NCBI GenBank assembly: GCA_963707635.1
Contig: OY970173.1
Coordinates: forward strand, 1,472,001-1,536,000
Length of the DNA: 64,000 bases
Origin: Candidatus Latescibacterota bacterium
Lineage (GTDB): Bacteria > Krumholzibacteriota > Krumholzibacteriia > WVZY01 > JAKEHA01
Reading direction: 5' to 3'
How positions within the stretch are numbered: the first letter of the stretch is position 1; each line of letters begins with the position of its first letter. Position numbers and translations under genes: made by a program. Below are positions 10,305-21,791 of this stretch, piece after piece. Below the pieces are notes generated by a model. The model was not told the DNA's origin. It searched no databases and was given only the letters and a program-made list of their open reading frames with translations.

Positions 10305-11428
10305 TTCGCCTCCAGCACGAAAGCGTAGTTGTCGCGCGCTACGCCGCCGGCGCTTTGCACCAGCGCCACGCGCGCGTTCGGATGCTGGCGCTCGCCCGCG
10401 GCCCCGGTCAACTGGGCGTGCACTTCGGCCAGGGAAGTGAGCCCGCACACGCCGATTGGATGCCCGCGCGCCTTCATCCCGCCGGACGGATTCACCGCGT
10501 GCGTCCCGCCGATTCCGAGCTCGCCGCGGGCGAGCGCCCGCCACGCGTCGCCGTAGGGAAAGAATCCCATGGCCTCGAGATTCATGAGCTCGAAGGGCGC
10601 GAACGCGTCGTGGATCTCCACCACGTCGACCTCACGCGGTCCGCGTCGCGCCATCGCGAACGCCTCCCGCGCGGCGGTCGTCGCCGCCCGGAACATCCCC
10701 GGGTGGGCGCGCTCGTGAAAGCGCGGCGCGTCCAAACCGGAGCCCCACCCGCGAATCGTCACCTCGCCCGAGTCGCGCGAGAGCACGCAGGCGGCGGCGC
10801 CGTCCGACATTGGGGCGCAGTGGTGGCGGCGCAGCGGGTCGCAAACCCGCGGGCTCGTGCGCACCTCGTCGAGGGTCACGGCGCGGCGAAAGTGGGCGAG
10901 GGGATTGGCGACGGCGTGGGCGTGGTTCTTGATCGCGACCTCGTCGAAGGCGCGCATCGGAACCGCGAAGCGCGACGCGTACGCGCGCGTCGCCAGCGCG
11001 GCGAGGGCCGGCAGCGTCGCGCCGTGATGCTGCTCGATCGCGTCGGACACGCGCGGCGCCAGCAGGCCGGCGGCGGTGCCGGCGTCGACGTGGGTCATCT
11101 TCTCGCACCCGAGGACCAGTACGTCCCCGTCGACGGTGTCGAGCCTCCGCAGGGCGGCGAGCAGCGCTTCGCCCCCGGTTCGAAGCGGTCCCTCGACCGG
11201 GATCGAGCCGCAGCCGGCGAGCGCCAGCCCCTCGCGGACCAGCGCCGCGGCATCCTCCACGCCGCACAACTCGCGCGGCGCAAAGGACGCCAGACAGACG
11301 GCGGCGATGCGGTCGGCGTCGATTCCGCCTATCGCGCGGGCGACACTCTCGCGCAGCAGCGCCTCATAATCGGCGTCGTGGCGACCGATGCGCGTCATCC
11401 ACGCCGATTTCACCTTGATTTCGCCCAC
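10301..11428 (-). CDS. Thiolase-fold protein (SCP2/archaeal-type) lacking the canonical cysteines
   Basis: GCEKM, APMSDGAAA, EIHDAF, NPSGG and GHPIG motifs; start taken as GTG 11428, 6 nt after a -10 box. Confidence 0.88.
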   Translation of the reverse strand: MGEIKVKSAWMTRIGRHDADYEALLRESVARAIGGIDADRIAAVCLASFAPRELCGVEDAAALVREGLALAGCGSIPVEGPLRTGGEALLAALRRLDTVDGDVLVLGCEKMTHVDAGTAAGLLAPRVSDAIEQHHGATLPALAALATRAYASRFAVPMRAFDEVAIKNHAHAVANPLAHFRRAVTLDEVRTSPRVCDPLRRHHCAPMSDGAAACVLSRDSGEVTIRGWGSGLDAPRFHERAHPGMFRAATTAAREAFAMARRGPREVDVVEIHDAFAPFELMNLEAMGFFPYGDAWRALARGELGIGGTHAVNPSGGMKARGHPIGVCGLTSLAEVHAQLTGAAGERQHPNARVALVQSAGGVARDNYAFVLEAN

Positions 11429-11434
11429 GGTTTG

Positions 11435-11464
11435 AGCATAAATAAGCCGCGATTTTGCTGTCAA
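11435..11464 (-). promoter_or_regulatory. sigma70 promoter for thiolase/DUF35, probably leaderless
   Basis: TTGACA (11464-11459), 18 bp, TATGCT (11440-11435); GTG start 6 nt downstream. Confidence 0.65.
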
Positions 11465-11486
11465 CGAACCAGACCACTCCCGAAGC

Positions 11487-11912
11487 ATGATTCATCCTGT
11501 CGCTGTTGCCGCGTTGCTCGCGGGCCTGTGCGCCCAGCTCCTCAAGGTGCTGATCGAAACCGTGCGTACGCGCCGCTCGAGCGTGCTGCGCTTCTTCGAC
11601 AACGGCGGTATGCCGTCGTCCCATACCGCGCTCGTGACCGTTCTGACCATCGGTGTAGCCCGTGACGTGGGCGTACAATCGCCCCTGTTCGCCGTGACCC
11701 TGCTCTTCAGCCTGTACTTCGTCTTCGAGGCGGCGGGGCTTCGCCAGGAAGTCGGCAACCAGGCTCGACTCTTGAACGATCTCGTGGACGAACTGCGGCA
11801 TACGCACCACGTCGACCGGCGGCGGCTCAAGGAACTGGTCGGCCACACCTGGGGCGAGGTGGTCGGGGGATTCGTCTGCGGTCTGGCGGTGGCGGCGATC
11901 GCCTACCGATAG
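11487..11912 (+). CDS. Divergent PAP2 family membrane protein (DUF212)
   Basis: GGMPSSH, EAAGLRQEVG and LKELVGHT motifs. Confidence 0.9.
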   Translation: MIHPVAVAALLAGLCAQLLKVLIETVRTRRSSVLRFFDNGGMPSSHTALVTVLTIGVARDVGVQSPLFAVTLLFSLYFVFEAAGLRQEVGNQARLLNDLVDELRHTHHVDRRRLKELVGHTWGEVVGGFVCGLAVAAIAYR

Positions 11913-12023
11913 CCTCCCGGGCGCCGTGCCCCGGCCGGTGCCTCTGCGCCCTTGTTGCCCCTTGTTCCCGAGCGTATATTGAAGGGGACGGGCAGCCCAA
12001 CCCCACGGTTCGTCGATATCCAT

Positions 12024-13809
12024 ATGAGACCGTCCGTGCGAGTGTATTTCGTGGTCGCCATGGCGGCCGTTGCGGGCCTGTGCGCGTGCGGCGCGGACGA
12101 TCCCTCGCTCGTGGGACGTCCCCCCATCGTCTCCTCGTACGCCCCCGCGATTCGCGATCTGACCGCCTTCGTCGGTGACACCCTCTCGTTCCGGTTGGAC
12201 GCATTCGACCCCGACCACGATCGCCTCGCCACTTCATTTACGGTCGACGGCGGCGTGGCGGCGAGCGCCACGCGCTGGGACTACGCCGGTGGTGGATACG
12301 GGTCGGGTGACCATCCGCGGGTCGGTCACCGACGGGGAGCATGCGTCGTTCATCGAGTGGGCGGTTTCGCGCGTGCAACCGATCAACCTGGCGCCGGTCA
12401 TCGATGCCATTCTGCCGCTGGAGGCCAACCCGGTGATGGTGATCGGAAACCGGATGGATTTCGCCATTCGCGCCACCGATCCCGAGTCGATGCCGTTGAG
12501 CTACTCCTTTGCGGTCGACGATTCGGTGGTCGCGGAGGAGCGACAGTTCAACTACCAGGCGTCGTCGGTGGGTTGGAAGCAGGTGCGCGCCATCGTCAGC
12601 GATGGCGTGAGGTCGGCTGCGCGCGCGTGGTCCCTGCACGTCACGGAGATCCCGGACACGATTGCCCCCGCTCGGGTGAACGTCACGCGGGCGGTACCGG
12701 GGGAGTTCCCCGGCGAGATCGTGATCGACTGGGTTGCCGTGGGCCGCGACGGCAACGTCGGGCTTGCGTCTTCGTATCAGGTCCGCACGGCGCCCGATAC
12801 GATCCTCAACGAGACCGACTGGGGCCGGGGGAGCCAGCGACCGGGTGTCCCGGCGCCGCTCGCGCCGGGCCAGACCATGACCATGGTCGTGGGAGGTCTC
12901 TTGCCCGCGCAAGTCACCTACGTCGCGGTTCGCGCTGTCGATGATTTTGGAAATTACTCCCCGCTCGGCAATGCCCCGAGCGTGCTGATCCGCGGTATGA
13001 GTTTCTCCGGGCGGGTGGTGGACGCGCTTTCGGGCGCGGGTATCGCCGGCGCCAGCCTGGTGCTCGGCCTGGCCGAGACCTGCACGGATTCCGTCGGCTC
13101 CTACCGGTTCCGGGAGCTGGGTCACATGACGAGTCTCATGAACGTGCGTGACGACAGTGTCTCCGGGATCGGCGGGTATTTCGACTATCACACCAGTTAC
13201 ACGGTCGTGCACAATGACGTCGTGCCCTATTACCTCGTGCCGAACCTCGACCTCGATACCGCGCTGTATTCGGATTTTCTGCAGTTCTTCCGGTTGATGA
13301 CCGACGTGCCGGGCAACCCGTACGGCGCCCAGCAACGGCGCTGGGAGCTTCCCATCAACCTGTACATTCGTCCCTTCGTGCGCAACGGCCTGGACTACGG
13401 GGCCACCGTTGCGCGGGTAGCGCGTGAATTCGACAGCCTGCTGGGGGTGCAGGTCTTCAACCTCGTTTCCGCCCGGCCCTCCGGGGGCGTGGAGACCGTG
13501 TACCGCGACGGCCTCGCCCAGGACCACTACCTGATATCCGAGTTCACCAGCGATTGGTACCCACGCCAGGGCGTCATCGAGTTCCGTACTGTGTACTCGA
13601 CCGCCACGGAGGATGTGCTGGCGCGGACCGCCCGCCATGAGCTCGGGCACGCGCTGGGATTGAACCACAGTCTCGACGCATCGCACCTCATGTTGGGCGG
13701 GTCGCAGGCGCCGACGGCCGACGATTTCAGCCGGGACGAACGGGCCGTCATTCGATGCCTGTACACGCTGCCCCGGGGCTGGGACAACCGCTTTTTCGAT
13801 CGCGAATAA
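12024..13809 (+). pseudogene. Lipoprotein with Ig/FN3-like domains and a C-terminal matrixin (metzincin) metalloprotease domain; apparent frameshift near 12285
   Basis: Lipoprotein signal (AGLCAC) in the frame of ORF 11952; the repeat-like Ig domain continues in the frame of ORF 12175 after ...WDY; HELGHALGLNH plus Met-turn. May be an intact gene with a sequencing indel. Confidence 0.7.
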
Positions 13810-13920
13810 TACTGCCAGCTATCTGACAGGCTGGCATGTCTTCTCGTGACCGCGCGGGAACGAGGACGCGGCATGTTACATATCTTACTGTTATAAAACA
13901 CATTATAGGTTCGATCTCGA

Positions 13921-13937
13921 CTGGCATCGAACGTGCC
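13921..13937 (+). promoter_or_regulatory. Candidate sigma54 (-24/-12) promoter of clpB
   Basis: CTGGCAT-CGAAC-GTGCC (GG-N10-GC); AT-rich tract 13874-13908 upstream; inverted repeat TGCCAGC-N10-GCTGGCA at 13813-13836. Confidence 0.55.
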
Positions 13938-13978
13938 TTGTGTTATGGGCCCCTTGGCCTAGAAAGGTCGATGTTCGC

Positions 13979-16560
<2,582 letters not shown>

Positions 16561-16564
<4 letters not shown>

Positions 16565-16590
16565 CGCGGCGCATGGCGTTGAGGTATAAT
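16561..16590 (+). promoter_or_regulatory. sigma70 promoter of C25 protease gene 1
   Basis: TTGACG, 18 bp, TATAAT; about 200-nt leader to GTG 16800. Confidence 0.75.
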
Positions 16591-16799
16591 CTTTTCCAGT
16601 ATTCGGCGTGGGCATGGCCCCGCCGGTGCTCTGGCCGGGTCGAGACAGGCCCCCCCGGTTCGGCCCGAACAGTGTCGACAACATCGTTCCACCATCACCG
16701 CTGACTCGATCCCGTCCCACCGACTGGCGACATTGCCGCAGCCGCGTGGTTCAGGGACAGAGCGCACTAGGTCGCATCTGCAGCGTCGTCGGAGGGTCC

Positions 16800-19700
16800 G
16801 TGCGCATCACCACGTGTCGCCTGCGCCTCGCCTGTTCTGTGCTCGCATTGTCCGCCTTGTTCTTGCCCCGCGGCGCGCGCGGCGGGGAGATGTCCTACGT
16901 CCTCGAGACGCCGGCCGCGTCGATCCAGCTCGAGCGTGACGCCGTCGCCGATCGCGCGGTGGCGAGCGACCCGCAGTTCTATTACGTGGCCGAGGCCGGG
17001 TTGCCGGCGCTCCCGTACCGCGTGATCAGCCTGCTGCTCCCGCCGGGCGAAGCCGTCGACCGGTTCGAGATCGTCTCCGGTCCGCCGACGGTGATCGCGT
17101 CGTCGGTGCGACTGGCCGTCGCGCCGCCCGCGGAGGGTCCGGACGGCTTGCCCGCGAGTACCTCGACGGCCGCGGTTTGGAACGAGACGGCGTATCCCTC
17201 GGAGGGCGCGGTCTACCTGGGTACGGGATATCTGCACGGTTGCGCGATCGCGAGTTTTGCGGTGTACCCGGTTTCGATCGCGGCGGGAACGCTGACGGTC
17301 AACGAGCGGGTGGAATTGCGCGTCACCACGCGCGGCGACGACCCGACCCGCCGCGTCGCCCGGCGCTTGCGTTATCGCGAAGGATTCGAGGAGACGCTGC
17401 ACCGGCGCCTCGAGGGGCTGGTGGTCAACACCGACGAAATGTCGGCGTACGCGGCGACGGCCACGCGCGTCCCGGAAGCTTCCGGTGGATTCAACCCGAC
17501 GTCACTTCCGGCCCTCGAAGGCAGCGGCGTCGACTACGTGATCATCACCAACGATTCCCTCGCGGCCGCGTTCCAGATCCTGGCGGACTGGAAGACGGCG
17601 AAGGGCGTTCGCACCGTCGTTCGCACCACCGAATGGATCCAGGCCAACTACCGCAACGGGGTCGACCCGGCCGAGACCATCCGCACCTTCATTCTCGACG
17701 CGTATCAGAAGTGGGGGATCACGTACGCGCTGCTGGGCGGCGACGCGGAGCAGGTACCGGTGCGGCTCGGCGCGTCGAAGTATCTGGGCACGAAGGATCT
17801 TCCCGCCGACATGTACTTCGGGTGTCTGGACGGCGACTGGAACGCCGACCACGACAAGCTCTTCGGTGAGGGCGGTCCCACCGACCAGGCCGACCTCTAC
17901 CAGGAGGTGTACACCGGGCGCCTGCCGGCGGTGAGCGTGGCCACCGCGAGTATCATGATCAACAAGATCATGAGCTACGAAACGCCGGCCGACCCGTCCT
18001 ACACCGGAACCGCGCTGCTGCTCGCCGAGGTGCTGTTTCCGACCGATTGGGACGGAAGCGCGCCCATTACCCAGGACGGAGCCGCCATCGCGGAGTTTGC
18101 GTACGCCCTGGCCCTGGACGATCCGGCGCTCACGGTCTCGCGCATGTACGAGAACAATATGCCGTACAACGTCGCGCCGGAGACGAGGGCCTCCACGCTT
18201 GCCGCCCTCAACGCCGGCGTCGACCAGGTCAATCACATCGGCCACGGTTTTCGGTTCAACATGTCGGTCGGCGACGGCAGCGTGGTGAACGCCGACGCCG
18301 ATGTGCTCACCAACACCGACCGCTATTCCAACATGTATCTGCTCAACTGCACCGTCGTCGCCTACACCTACTTCTGCCTGGGCGAGCATTTTCTGCTCAG
18401 CCCCGCCGGCGGAGCCGTGTCCGTCATCGGCGCCAACGAGAGCGCGTACCCGCTGATATCGCAGCCGTACATGAACGAGTACTACGACCTCCTGATCAAC
18501 GACGATGTCGTGCACATCGGCGAGGCGTTCGCGCGCTCGCGCGAGCCCCGCACACCGATTGCCTCAAACGGGGACAATGCCGACCTGTGGACGCATTACA
18601 TCTACACCATCCTGGCGGACCCGGAGATGCCGCTGTGGACCGCGCCGGTGCAGCCGCTGGTCGTGTCGCACCCAACGCTCATGCAACGGGGCACCACCAA
18701 CGTGACCGTCCACGTGAACGACGCAGGCGGTCCGGTCGCGGGTGCAACGGTGTGTTTGTCGAAGGGAAGCGAGAGCTACGGGGTAGGCACCACCGACGCG
18801 AACGGCAACGTGGCCCTCAAGACGACGGCGGAATCCGCAGGCAGTGTTCGCGTCGTCGCGACCGCTCTCAACCGCTCGCGGTATGAAGGGTCGATTTATG
18901 TGCTGCCTTCGATTCCCGCGTACGTGTCCTACGTCGGCCTGGACGCGGACGATGATGCAGTCGGCGCGACCAGCGGCAACGGCGACGGCGTGATCGATGC
19001 CGGCGAAGTGATCGAGTTCATCACAGAGGTCGGCAACACCGGGAACGCCGACGCGTCCGGCGTGACGCTCACGCTGCGTTCGAGCACGAGCGGCGTTCTG
19101 GTCGAAGACAGCACCGCCCTGGCGGGGACCGTGGCGGCGGGCGACACCTCGAGCGCGCTCGATTCGTTCCGTGTCCGCTTTGCGCCCGGGATCGCAGATG
19201 AGACGCCCGCCGCCTTCACCCTGGTGGTTAACGCGGACGACGTGCCGGGGTGGACAGGCTCCTTCAAGAAACTGGTGCACGCGCCCGCGATCGAGTTCGA
19301 CGTGCTGCGCATCGACGACGCTACGACCGGAAACGGCGACGGCCTCGTCCAGGCGGGCGAGAATGTGCGCGTCTACTACACGATTCGCAACTTCGGCACC
19401 GGGGCCGCGTACGGACTTGCCGCGACCCTCACGGATCTCGAGGGCGCGTTCACGATCACGAACGGCGCGTCCGGGTACGCGAGCATGACGACGGCGGGAG
19501 CGGCGGAAAATGCGACCGGGTTCGCCCTGAGCGAGAGCAGCGTGGCGACGGAGCACGATCTGCGCCTGGCAGTGACGGACGCCCACGGCAATGCCTGGGA
19601 GAAGGTATTCGAGTTGCGTCCGCCGCCGGCGCCGGTGAACCTGACGTTCAACCCGAGTGTCGGGCCGACCCGGCTGCAGCTGGCCTGGGACGCTCCGCCG

Positions 19701-21758
19701 GGCTCGACCGACGTGAATCGGTATCGCGCCTACCGGTCGCTGACGGCGGGGGGACCCTACACGGTGGCGACGGTGGACCCGGTACGGCACACGACCTTCC
19801 TCGACACCGGCCTGCAGCCCACGACCCGCTACTACTACCGCGTCAGCGCGGTGGACGTGTCGGGCAACGAGAGCGCGCTGTCCGCCGAGTACAGCGGCAG
19901 CACCAACCCGGCGCAGGTCGTGGGGTGGCCGATCAAGATGAGCGTGGAGACGGTGAGTTCGCCGGTGATGGGGGATATCGACGGCGACCACGACTTCGAG
20001 CTCATCCAGGGCGACGGCAAGCTGTACGCGTGGCACCACAACGGAGTGGAGCTGCGCGACGCCGACGCGAACGCGCAGACCTGGGGACTCTTCAGCACGC
20101 TCGGGAATTCGTTCGTCTCGCACCCCGCGCTGGCCGAGATCGACGCCGTCAACGGTCTCGACATCCTGGCGGCGTCGCGCGACACCAGGGAGGTGTTCGC
20201 GTTCAACTATACCGGCAACGTGATCGCCGGGTGGCCGCGGCCGGTTGAGAACGCCATCCGTGCGGGCCTGGTGGCGGGTGACATCAACGGGGACGGTCAG
20301 AAGGAAGTAATCGCCATCGACGAGAAGGGCGTGCTCTACGTGTGGAGGGCCAACGGCGCCGAGTATCGCAACGGCGACAACAACGCCGCCACCCAGGGGA
20401 TATTCCGCAAGTTCGGCGGGTGTGTCTACCAGTACACGTGTCCCGCCATCGGGAACTTCGACGCCGACGGCCTCAACGAGATCGTCGTGGGCACGCAAGG
20501 CGATTCCGTGTTCGTTCTCAACGAAAACGGCACCCTCGTGCCGGGGTGGCCGAAGGCGTTCAGCTCCGACATCTCCGGCAGCATCGCGCTGGGCGACATC
20601 GACGGCAACGGCGACCTCGAAATGGTGGTGTGCGAATACGGCGGCAACGTGTGGGCGCTCAATCACGACGGGACCACAATGTGGATGCAGTGGTTTCCGA
20701 ATCAGCTCACCTTCGGACCGTCCCCGGCGCTGGGGGACCTCGATGGCGACGGAAAACTCGAGGTGGTCGTTCCGAGCAAGAACCGCAACCTTTACGCGAT
20801 CCGGTACAATGGCGGCTATCTCCCCGGGTGGCCGGTCGTGTATACGAGCCAGCTCTGGACGGAGTCGTCGCCGGTGATCGCGGATATCAACAACGACGGT
20901 TCGCTCGACGTCGTGCTCGGCGACGAGACCCGTTTCATCAACGGCTGGGACGCCGCCGGCCAACCGCTGGCCGGATTCCCGCTCGCGACTGGCGACGCGG
21001 TGCGCGCCACGCCGATGATCGCGGACCTCGACAAAGACGGCGACGTCGAAGTGATCGCCGCCGGGTGGGACAAGACCGTCTATGTCTGGGATTTCCCGGC
21101 GATGTTCAACCCGCTGATGGCGCCGTGGTCGAAGTTCCACGCCAATCTCTACAACGATGGTAACATTCACACGCCGGTGCCGACGCCGGTGCGCGCGGTC
21201 TCGTTCAATTTCACGCGGCGGGATGCGGGAATGGAACTGGTGTGGGCGGTGCCCGCAGAGGCGGGCGGGGAGTTCACGGTGAGGCGGGCGGAAGTGGTGG
21301 GCGGAGAGACGGGGGGATTCGCGCTGGTGGCGGCGGGGGTGGGGACCGGTGTGGACGGGATGGTGCGGGTGGTGGACCGGGGCGTGGAGATGGGGTCGCG
21401 CTACGTGTATCACCTGGAGAACACGGGGGGGACGTTGATCCACGAGACGGCGGGGTTGTACGTGCCGGTGACGCGGGCGGTGCTGGGTCAGAACTACCCG
21501 AACCCGTTCAACCCGGTGACAAAGATCGAGTACTGGGTGCCGGAGGGATCGGGCAAGACGCCGGTGAGCCTGGTGATCTACGATGTGCGGGGGGCGCGGG
21601 TGCGGACGGTGGTGAACGAGGGGCAGGCGGCGGGCCGGTACGTGGTGGAGTGGGACGGGCGGACGGAGGGCGGCGCGCCGGCCGGATCGGGCGTATACTT
21701 CTACAAGCTTCAGACGCCCGGTTTTTCGGATGCCCGCAAGATGGTGCTCCTGAAGTGA
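16800..21758 (+). CDS. Secreted C25 (gingipain-family) cysteine peptidase with propeptide, Ig-like, FN3, FG-GAP repeats and FlgD/T9SS-like C-terminal domain (copy 1)
   Basis: GGAGG plus GTG 16800; signal peptide; GLPALPY propeptide; YALLGGD, DMYFGCLDG and GRLP; catalytic HIGHG and LNC; many DxDGDG repeats; tail QNYPNPFNP...WDGR...SGVYFY...KMVLLK. Confidence 0.88.
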   Translation: MRITTCRLRLACSVLALSALFLPRGARGGEMSYVLETPAASIQLERDAVADRAVASDPQFYYVAEAGLPALPYRVISLLLPPGEAVDRFEIVSGPPTVIASSVRLAVAPPAEGPDGLPASTSTAAVWNETAYPSEGAVYLGTGYLHGCAIASFAVYPVSIAAGTLTVNERVELRVTTRGDDPTRRVARRLRYREGFEETLHRRLEGLVVNTDEMSAYAATATRVPEASGGFNPTSLPALEGSGVDYVIITNDSLAAAFQILADWKTAKGVRTVVRTTEWIQANYRNGVDPAETIRTFILDAYQKWGITYALLGGDAEQVPVRLGASKYLGTKDLPADMYFGCLDGDWNADHDKLFGEGGPTDQADLYQEVYTGRLPAVSVATASIMINKIMSYETPADPSYTGTALLLAEVLFPTDWDGSAPITQDGAAIAEFAYALALDDPALTVSRMYENNMPYNVAPETRASTLAALNAGVDQVNHIGHGFRFNMSVGDGSVVNADADVLTNTDRYSNMYLLNCTVVAYTYFCLGEHFLLSPAGGAVSVIGANESAYPLISQPYMNEYYDLLINDDVVHIGEAFARSREPRTPIASNGDNADLWTHYIYTILADPEMPLWTAPVQPLVVSHPTLMQRGTTNVTVHVNDAGGPVAGATVCLSKGSESYGVGTTDANGNVALKTTAESAGSVRVVATALNRSRYEGSIYVLPSIPAYVSYVGLDADDDAVGATSGNGDGVIDAGEVIEFITEVGNTGNADASGVTLTLRSSTSGVLVEDSTALAGTVAAGDTSSALDSFRVRFAPGIADETPAAFTLVVNADDVPGWTGSFKKLVHAPAIEFDVLRIDDATTGNGDGLVQAGENVRVYYTIRNFGTGAAYGLAATLTDLEGAFTITNGASGYASMTTAGAAENATGFALSESSVATEHDLRLAVTDAHGNAWEKVFELRPPPAPVNLTFNPSVGPTRLQLAWDAPPGSTDVNRYRAYRSLTAGGPYTVATVDPVRHTTFLDTGLQPTTRYYYRVSAVDVSGNESALSAEYSGSTNPAQVVGWPIKMSVETVSSPVMGDIDGDHDFELIQGDGKLYAWHHNGVELRDADANAQTWGLFSTLGNSFVSHPALAEIDAVNGLDILAASRDTREVFAFNYTGNVIAGWPRPVENAIRAGLVAGDINGDGQKEVIAIDEKGVLYVWRANGAEYRNGDNNAATQGIFRKFGGCVYQYTCPAIGNFDADGLNEIVVGTQGDSVFVLNENGTLVPGWPKAFSSDISGSIALGDIDGNGDLEMVVCEYGGNVWALNHDGTTMWMQWFPNQLTFGPSPALGDLDGDGKLEVVVPSKNRNLYAIRYNGGYLPGWPVVYTSQLWTESSPVIADINNDGSLDVVLGDETRFINGWDAAGQPLAGFPLATGDAVRATPMIADLDKDGDVEVIAAGWDKTVYVWDFPAMFNPLMAPWSKFHANLYNDGNIHTPVPTPVRAVSFNFTRRDAGMELVWAVPAEAGGEFTVRRAEVVGGETGGFALVAAGVGTGVDGMVRVVDRGVEMGSRYVYHLENTGGTLIHETAGLYVPVTRAVLGQNYPNPFNPVTKIEYWVPEGSGKTPVSLVIYDVRGARVRTVVNEGQAAGRYVVEWDGRTEGGAPAGSGVYFYKLQTPGFSDARKMVLLK
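21198..21662 (+). repeat. C-terminal cassette repeat, copy A
   Basis: Aligns without gaps to 26190..26654 (offset 4992), about 16 mismatches counted by eye. Confidence 0.92.
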
Positions 21759-21791
21759 CACGCCCCTGTATACAAACAGAGGAGACGAAGT

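Noticed and set aside
19960..21100. Recurring GACATCGACGGCGAC-like motifs as a CRISPR or DNA tandem repeat
   Set aside because: They are degenerate codons for FG-GAP DxDGDG protein repeats with irregular spacing; no cas genes
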